Origin: an uncultured Candidatus Saccharibacteria bacterium
GTDB lineage: Bacteria; Patescibacteriota; Minisyncoccia; Phycocordibacterales; PALSA-1337
Assembly (NCBI GenBank): GCA_964389975.1
Contig: CAYMGJ010000001.1
Span: forward strand, 22,240-86,239
Reading direction: 5' to 3'
Length of the DNA: 64,000 bases
Shown one piece after another: positions 58,513-64,000 of this stretch. The stretch's first letter is position 1. Every line of letters starts with the position of its first letter. The notes under the pieces were generated by a model. The model saw only the letters and a list, made by a program, of their open reading frames with translations, was not told the DNA's origin and ran no database searches. Both the position numbers and the translations under genes were made by a program.

Positions 58513-59776
58513 AAAAATTATTTCACTCAGTATTCTCATATTCATGTTCCTTACGGGATCATATATTTCTCATGCTCAAAGTGTTGAGGAGCTTAAAAAC
58601 AAGATTGAAGCAGGGAATGATACGATTAAGAAACTTGAGAAAGAAATACAAGGATATCAGAAAGAAATTGAAGCTATCGGTAAAGAGAAAGCAAGCCTCA
58701 GTTCAACCCTTAAGGAGCTTGATATTTCTCGCAAGAAACTCGAGGCTGATACGAAGATAACAGAGAGCAAGATTGCAACAAAAAATCTCGAGATTAAGCA
58801 ACTCTCATTAGAAATCGGTGACAAAAGTGAACGGATTACCGATGGACATAGAGTAATCGCTCAATCATTTCGAGCAATGGGACAAGCTAATGCTCTTTCT
58901 CCTCTTGAAATCATATTAAGTTCAGCATCTCTCTCAGAACTTTGGAATACTTCTCATGAACTCGATACCCTGCAAGGGAATATGCAGGGGAAGATCGAGG
59001 ATTTGAAGAATATAAAGACAGATCTTGAAAAAAACAAGAAATTAACTGAGCAGAAGAAAGCTGAGTTAGTTGATCTTACAAACGATCTTAAGAATCAAAC
59101 AAGTGTCATTAAAGAGACGGTAAGGCAGAAGAATACTCTCCTTGCTGAAACAAAAAATACAGAAGCAGATTACAAAAAACTTCTTGCAAACAAACTCCTT
59201 CAAAAAGAAGCATTTGAGAGGGAAGTCGCTTCATTCGAATCTGCCCTCAAGATTGCCATCGATCCCAACAGTATACCAAGTACTGGTACAGGAGTACTTA
59301 AATGGCCCCTTTCAAGCATACGTATAACCCAATACTTTGGTAATACGGAGTTTGCTACTAAAAACCCTCAGATCTACAACGGTAAAGGTCATACAGGAGT
59401 TGATTTCGCTGCTTCAATTGGTACACCAGTACAAGCAGCTCTCAGTGGTACCGTTATCGGAGTTGGTAATACTGATATCGTACGTGGTTGCTATTCATAT
59501 GGTAAATGGGTCATGATTAAACATCCCAATGGACTTTCAACCCTCTATGCCCATCTCTCGCTTCAGAAAGTTGTACAAGGACAGGAAGTATCTACTGGTG
59601 ACATGATTGGATACAGTGGTAATACAGGATACTCAACAGGCCCCCATCTTCATTTCGGAGTATATGCTTCTGAAGGAGTTCGTATTACGAAACTCACCAG
59701 TAGTGTGAATTGTAAAAATGTAACAATACCTCTTGCTGATATAAAGGCATACCTTAATCCACTTTCATTCCTTTAA
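58493..59776 (+). CDS. Coiled-coil M23 peptidase (EnvC/CwlO-like architecture)
   Basis: Signal peptide, long coiled coil, HTGVD, YAHL, GPHLHF. Confidence 0.9.
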   Translation: MPTNLSRKIISLSILIFMFLTGSYISHAQSVEELKNKIEAGNDTIKKLEKEIQGYQKEIEAIGKEKASLSSTLKELDISRKKLEADTKITESKIATKNLEIKQLSLEIGDKSERITDGHRVIAQSFRAMGQANALSPLEIILSSASLSELWNTSHELDTLQGNMQGKIEDLKNIKTDLEKNKKLTEQKKAELVDLTNDLKNQTSVIKETVRQKNTLLAETKNTEADYKKLLANKLLQKEAFEREVASFESALKIAIDPNSIPSTGTGVLKWPLSSIRITQYFGNTEFATKNPQIYNGKGHTGVDFAASIGTPVQAALSGTVIGVGNTDIVRGCYSYGKWVMIKHPNGLSTLYAHLSLQKVVQGQEVSTGDMIGYSGNTGYSTGPHLHFGVYASEGVRITKLTSSVNCKNVTIPLADIKAYLNPLSFL

Positions 59777-59831
59777 ATCATGTGTCTGAGGATGGTATAC
59801 TTGAAAGGTATATAAATAAATTAAAATCTTT

Positions 59832-60110
59832 ATGATTAAATGGATTATCATATCAGTTATTGCCCTTGTGGTACTTGGAGCCCTTGGGTTTGATGTACGG
59901 AAGGCTATAGAGTCACCAGTAGCTCGAAGCAACATAGAATATGCTAAAGATGCAGTAGTATACATCTGGACAACGTATTTGAAGAAACCTGTATTATTTT
60001 TGTGGAATGAAATTTTTATAAAACTTATTTGGAATACAGCTCTCTCATCACTCATGCAAAAAGATTCTCCAGACATCAATTATAATTTTTTAGAACTCAG
60101 TAGGGGGTAG
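59832..60110 (+). CDS. Small membrane hypothetical protein
   Basis: N-terminal hydrophobic helix. Terminator at 60121-60141. Confidence 0.7.
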   Translation: MIKWIIISVIALVVLGALGFDVRKAIESPVARSNIEYAKDAVVYIWTTYLKKPVLFLWNEIFIKLIWNTALSSLMQKDSPDINYNFLELSRG

Positions 60111-60335
60111 GTAGAAAATGAGGCCGGTAGAAATACCGGCTTTATTTTAAGGTATGTAATGCGTAAAAGATATATTGTGCGACGTGGTATGGCCTGAGAG
60201 TATCGTAGTTAAAATCACGGAACTCATACTCTCCCCCTTTATCAAACCAGATAAAAGAAAACCGCCCGACGGAAAGCCGTTTGGTTTTCGTGAGCGGTTA
60301 CACACAACCCTGAGAGTTGTTATCTTGGATATCCC

Positions 60336-60677
60336 TTACATTAAAGACCCATACATTTCATCTCTGATAGTCTTGAGCTTTGCAATGATCTCTCGATCAA
60401 GAATGCGTTGGAAACGTGGAAAAGTTTTACCGTCTTTGGTTACATCCCCCATCCACATATCTAGTGGACGTAGATCAAAAAGTTTACCGGCCGTAAACAC
60501 AGTTGATTCATAGAGTGGCCGATATACAACCATATTCGCATCCTCTGGACGACAATCATCTTCAGTATGAACGCCAACTCCCACAACCTCGTAGGCATAG
60601 TCGTTTATAGGTCCATTAAGATTATGCTTGTAATGATAGTAGAAACCATTTTCTGGAACTTTAGCTGGTATTTTCAT
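60336..60677 (-). CDS. DUF1653-family protein
   Basis: G.YYHYK, YEV.GV..HTE, VVYRPLY, RPL.MW, RF. Confidence 0.85.
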   Translation of the reverse strand: MKIPAKVPENGFYYHYKHNLNGPINDYAYEVVGVGVHTEDDCRPEDANMVVYRPLYESTVFTAGKLFDLRPLDMWMGDVTKDGKTFPRFQRILDREIIAKLKTIRDEMYGSLM

Positions 60678-60755
60678 ATTCTTTCCTTTGTTAAATTTGT
60701 ACTTTTAGATATTGTAGCACGACATGTTGATAATGGTCGCTTAAGTAAAAAATTA

Positions 60756-60790
60756 AAAACCGCAGGGCGCGACCATGCGGTTTTTCTTGA
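60756..60790 (-). repeat. Duplicated terminator, copy 1
   Basis: AAAACCGCAGGGCGCGACCATGCGGTTTTTCTTGA, one mismatch to copy 2. Confidence 0.85.
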
Positions 60791-60809
60791 AAAGATTCTC
60801 CTTCGGGGG

Positions 60810-61160
60810 TTACTTTCCTTCCCCACGCTTCCATCCAGTGACAAAAGAGACGTAATCATGCTGATGAGAAGGATTTGTTGGGTTTTCCAGAGCATGTGAC
60901 CTTACTTTCACGAAATCTCCAGGAACCAACTTGTTTGTAGTGAGCATGCTTGCAGAAACGAGAGCAGGAGAGTGCTCGGATAGTGTGACCTCCCAAATAT
61001 CTCCACTCGCGAGCTTGAGAGACGTGACTTCAAACCAATCACCTCCTGATCCGCGGACATCTCTGCTCTTGATGTTAATTAATGCTGCTAGTATGAGCAT
61101 TACAATCACAAGTCCGAGGAAACCACGGACAATGTTCTTAAGGAGCCATTTAATATTCAT
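60810..61160 (-). CDS. Single-TM hypothetical protein
   Basis: TM helix plus PGDFVKV. Own TTGACT-17-TAGTAT promoter. Confidence 0.65.
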   Translation of the reverse strand: MNIKWLLKNIVRGFLGLVIVMLILAALINIKSRDVRGSGGDWFEVTSLKLASGDIWEVTLSEHSPALVSASMLTTNKLVPGDFVKVRSHALENPTNPSHQHDYVSFVTGWKRGEGK

Positions 61161-61263
61161 TTTTCTTTGATCTCAATAACGACATTCATTGCCTCTACTG
61201 AGATTCCTTTCCTTCAAATATACTAACATTTATATTTGAGGTAGTCAATATATCACATAAAAA

Positions 61264-61298
61264 AAAACCGCAGGGCGCGACCATACGGTTTTTCTTGA
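61264..61298 (-). repeat. Duplicated terminator, copy 2
   Basis: AAAACCGCAGGGCGCGACCATACGGTTTTTCTTGA. Confidence 0.85.
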
Positions 61299-61307
61299 GA
61301 GGAGTGA

Positions 61308-61706
61308 CTACTCAATCCTATCAATGATAACAAGACTAATGAGAACAGGTTCCGCGTAAGGGGGATTGTCTTTAGGCCGAACAAGCCTTCCGACTTTAAC
61401 CTTGTCTCCCGGAGCCCAATCGCCAATATCAGCGATCTGAGGATCAATGATCCCCAAACATTCTCTTTTGGTAATATCCGAAGTGAAGGAAATGACAAGG
61501 AAGTCACTTGTTTTGAACGCCTGGTGCTGGGCATGTGAGGGAGTTGAAGTGATGACTCCAGTTCCCCATGGTTCAATATGCCAAGCTGGAGTGGTAGCTA
61601 CCTGCTTCGGTGGTAATTTCAGAAGTTCACGATAGATGACCGCAATACCCGCTCCAATAACCATGGCAATGAATACTGGCCATAGCTGTGTGTGTTTTCG
61701 TCTCAT
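61308..61706 (-). CDS. Single-TM hypothetical protein
   Basis: TM helix plus PGDKVKV. ATG 61706. Confidence 0.65.
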   Translation of the reverse strand: MRRKHTQLWPVFIAMVIGAGIAVIYRELLKLPPKQVATTPAWHIEPWGTGVITSTPSHAQHQAFKTSDFLVISFTSDITKRECLGIIDPQIADIGDWAPGDKVKVGRLVRPKDNPPYAEPVLISLVIIDRIE

Positions 61707-61849
61707 AAAAGAAGTTCTGGAGTAAAGGATGAGAAACAAATGCTTCCCATTACTGACCTTTACATTCTAACAATAGATTACAATTTAATTATACATATGT
61801 CAATACAAACAAAAAAGACCAGGTTTCCCTGATCTCTTTTGTTTGAATA

Positions 61850-62305
61850 TTATTTCATTGAGAGTGCCTTGTCTCCCCAACATTTAGCTGAGGCATTCCA
61901 TGGCTCTGTTCCATATTTCTTGTAAAGATATTCTGCATATGCAGCATTACCTTCTACTGTATATATGTTATATCCAAGCTTCTTGGCTGTTTCGAGGTGA
62001 TATCGTTCGTTAATTTGCATAACTCCGACATCAGCATCATCTACCATACCTCGAGTCACCTTTCCATTTTTATCGAAATGAGAGAATGTTGACTCACATC
62101 GTGCAATTTCAATGAGAATTGGTGTGTCAGCATAGCGTTCATTAAGATAGTTTTCAACTTGCTTTCGATCCATCTTCCCTACCACTACTGTTGAAGGGTT
62201 AATTGATACAGAATCTGCTGTTGCTACCGCTCCAAGATTGTCTGTTGTTGATCCTCCATACATTGAGGTCAAGAGAAACATCACACCTGTTGTAAGTTCA
62301 ATCAT
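61850..62305 (-). CDS. Lysozyme-like/transglycosylase domain protein
   Basis: IARCES catalytic Glu, GVMQIN, GN..YA..LY...G..PW. Confidence 0.8.
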   Translation of the reverse strand: MIELTTGVMFLLTSMYGGSTTDNLGAVATADSVSINPSTVVVGKMDRKQVENYLNERYADTPILIEIARCESTFSHFDKNGKVTRGMVDDADVGVMQINERYHLETAKKLGYNIYTVEGNAAYAEYLYKKYGTEPWNASAKCWGDKALSMK

Positions 62306-62513
62306 ATAATTTAAATGAGGTACCTATAGATATGACTCTACAAATACCTCACTCTTGACCATAATCTTAGCATATTTCATAATATCTGTCAAGCGTTTTG
62401 ATGGTAAAAAAGACTAAAGTACCTTGTAAAATATGGGTTTTAGGACAATATCTATTACCACCCGTAAAGGGACTTGCTTTTATACCCTCTTTCGGTATAT
62501 ACTTGTTTTCACT

Positions 62514-62786
62514 ATGGCAACGAAAAAGTCAGGAGGTGCATCGAAGAACGGACGAGATTCAGGTCCAAAATACCTGGGTGTTAAGGTAAATGACGGCGAA
62601 GCTGTTAAGATCGGCTCAATTATCGTACGACAGCGAGGAACAGATGTTCTTCCTGGTAAGAATGTAGGTATTGGAAAGGATCATACTCTCTTTGCTTTGA
62701 AGGAAGGTACTGTTGAATTCAAGATGAAGCGAAAAGTTCATTTCGACAACACTACTATGAAGAAGAAGATCGTTAACGTTAAATAA
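62514..62786 (+). CDS. rpmA: 50S ribosomal protein L27
   Basis: [32 protein letters not shown]. Confidence 0.97.
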   Translation: MATKKSGGASKNGRDSGPKYLGVKVNDGEAVKIGSIIVRQRGTDVLPGKNVGIGKDHTLFALKEGTVEFKMKRKVHFDNTTMKKKIVNVK

Positions 62787-62797
62787 TTATTAGAATA

Positions 62798-62828
62798 CAA
62801 AAAAGACCGGAGTATCCGGTCTTTTTTG
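62798..62828. terminator. Bidirectional terminator between rpmA and rplI
   Basis: AAAAAAGACCGG/CCGGTCTTTTTT. Confidence 0.8.
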
Positions 62829-62846
62829 TTATACCCCCTTCCCTTT

Positions 62847-63290
62847 TTAGAGAGGTTTAATATCGAGAGTGAAAGTAACCTTATGAGAACCTGCATGAAC
62901 AGGTATTTCATGAGCTCCAATCTCTTTGATAGGTTTTTCAAGAACAATACTTTCCTTTGGAATACTAAGCTTAGTAGTCTTTTCAATTGCAGAGAGTATC
63001 TCAGGAATATGAATACTTGCGAAGAGATGTCCCTTTTCATTTGCCTTCTCCTTAAGCTCTATAGTCTGTCCTGAGAGGTCTTTGAGGTTCTTAGCGAGAA
63101 GTTCTTCATTAACCTTCTTCTCACCCTCATGACGAGCTTTTTCAAGCTGAATTCGTCGTACAGCATCTGGAGTTGCAGCGATAGCAACACCCTTAGGAAT
63201 GAGCATATTGAGCGCATAACCGTCACTTATCTCCTTTGTTTCGTATCGTTTACCTACCTTTGGTATATCTTTCAATAATATTATTTTCAT
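62847..63290 (-). CDS. rplI: 50S ribosomal protein L9
   Basis: MKIILLKD...G, DGYA.N.LIPKG.A, G.LFASI, IK.IG. Confidence 0.95.
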   Translation of the reverse strand: MKIILLKDIPKVGKRYETKEISDGYALNMLIPKGVAIAATPDAVRRIQLEKARHEGEKKVNEELLAKNLKDLSGQTIELKEKANEKGHLFASIHIPEILSAIEKTTKLSIPKESIVLEKPIKEIGAHEIPVHAGSHKVTFTLDIKPL

Positions 63291-63301
63291 ATATCTGTAT
63301 A

Positions 63302-64000
63302 TTAGTGTGCTTTTCGTAAAATTTCAACTGCCTTATTAAGCTGAACATCAACCTTACCCTCGATATCTTTCTGACTAGGCTTTACCTCAATATCAGGATT
63401 AAGGCCATCATGAGAGAGATTATGACCCTTAGGAGTGAGCCATCGAGCTATGGTTACCTTGAGAGAGGTTTCTGGGGTGATCTCTACAAGTTCTTGAACT
63501 GATCCCTTACCGAAGGTTTTTACACCAACAAGTTCTGCTACACCATGTTCCTGAAGAGCTCCTGCAAGAATTTCTGCTGCTGAAGCTGAACCCCCATCAA
63601 CAAGAATCATAATCTTGTACTTGGATGCACCAAAGTACTTGTTCATAACATCATATCCCTTGCTCCTGTACTCTCGGTTTTGAGAACTTCTACCTCCAAA
63701 GTCTTCAGTTACAATGATTTTACCAGAAGGGAGGAACCAACTTGCAATATCCCACGCAGCATCAAGATATCCACCTGGATTACCTCGAAGGTCGATAATG
63801 AGTTTATGTGAACCTGATTCAAGGAAGGAACGAAGAGCTGTTCGGAACAATTCAGGAGATTGTGCAGTAAAGCTAAAGAGACGAATGATATATATTCCAT
63901 CACTTCGAAGTCCAACCCCACCGTTATCAGCAGATCCAGAACCAGACTTCACCTCAGTTTCGATGGTGGGAATATCGATGACATCACGGATAATTTCTTT
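63302..64000 (-). CDS. S41-family carboxy-terminal protease (partial; 5' end outside the window)
   Basis: IDLRGNPGG, SASAAEI, TFGKGSVQ. Confidence 0.93.
   Translation of the reverse strand, partial: KEIIRDVIDIPTIETEVKSGSGSADNGGVGLRSDGIYIIRLFSFTAQSPELFRTALRSFLESGSHKLIIDLRGNPGGYLDAAWDIASWFLPSGKIIVTEDFGGRSSQNREYRSKGYDVMNKYFGASKYKIMILVDGGSASAAEILAGALQEHGVAELVGVKTFGKGSVQELVEITPETSLKVTIARWLTPKGHNLSHDGLNPDIEVKPSQKDIEGKVDVQLNKAVEILRKAH

Noticed and set aside
1-64000. Genetic code 25 (TGA = Gly) as in Gracilibacteria/Absconditabacteria
   Set aside because: Conserved genes are full-length under code 11, and ddl ends at TGA at the expected position.

Overview
A 64-kb chromosomal segment of a small-genome bacterium, most consistent with Patescibacteria/CPR (Parcubacteria-like). 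This is an inference from gene content: a short AlaRS, AspRS without the GAD insert, UvrC without HhH, a sigma4/HARE-HTH protein, and FtsA-like and baseplate-J-like orphans. TGA is a stop codon. Core blocks are pentose-phosphate genes (rpiB, rpe, split tkt, zwf), uvrB/A/C, ddl, tRNA-Ala(TGC), ychF, five aminoacyl-tRNA synthetases, mltG-mnmA, infA-rpmJ-alpha operon-rplM-rpsI, grpE/dnaK/dnaJ, scpAB-ftsW-murG, rpmA, rplI and a partial S41 protease. About 15 self-contained ORFan cassettes (promoter, leader, gene, terminator) are interspersed among them. The main unexplained signals are: (1) boxA-like motifs just downstream of the cassette promoters; (2) a ~285-nt structured minus-strand RNA between ychF and leuS, plus two long structured 5' leaders; (3) a leader ORF ending in RAPS followed by a large stem-loop upstream of dnaK, a candidate arrest-peptide control; (4) a 95-bp direct repeat punctuating the integrase-less island after tRNA-Ala; (5) apparently leaderless core genes versus Shine-Dalgarno-led cassettes; (6) small membrane-peptide ORFs below the ORF-track cut-off and a poly-T frameshift in a pilin gene. 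All family calls and RNA pairings were made by eye; no searches or folding were run.
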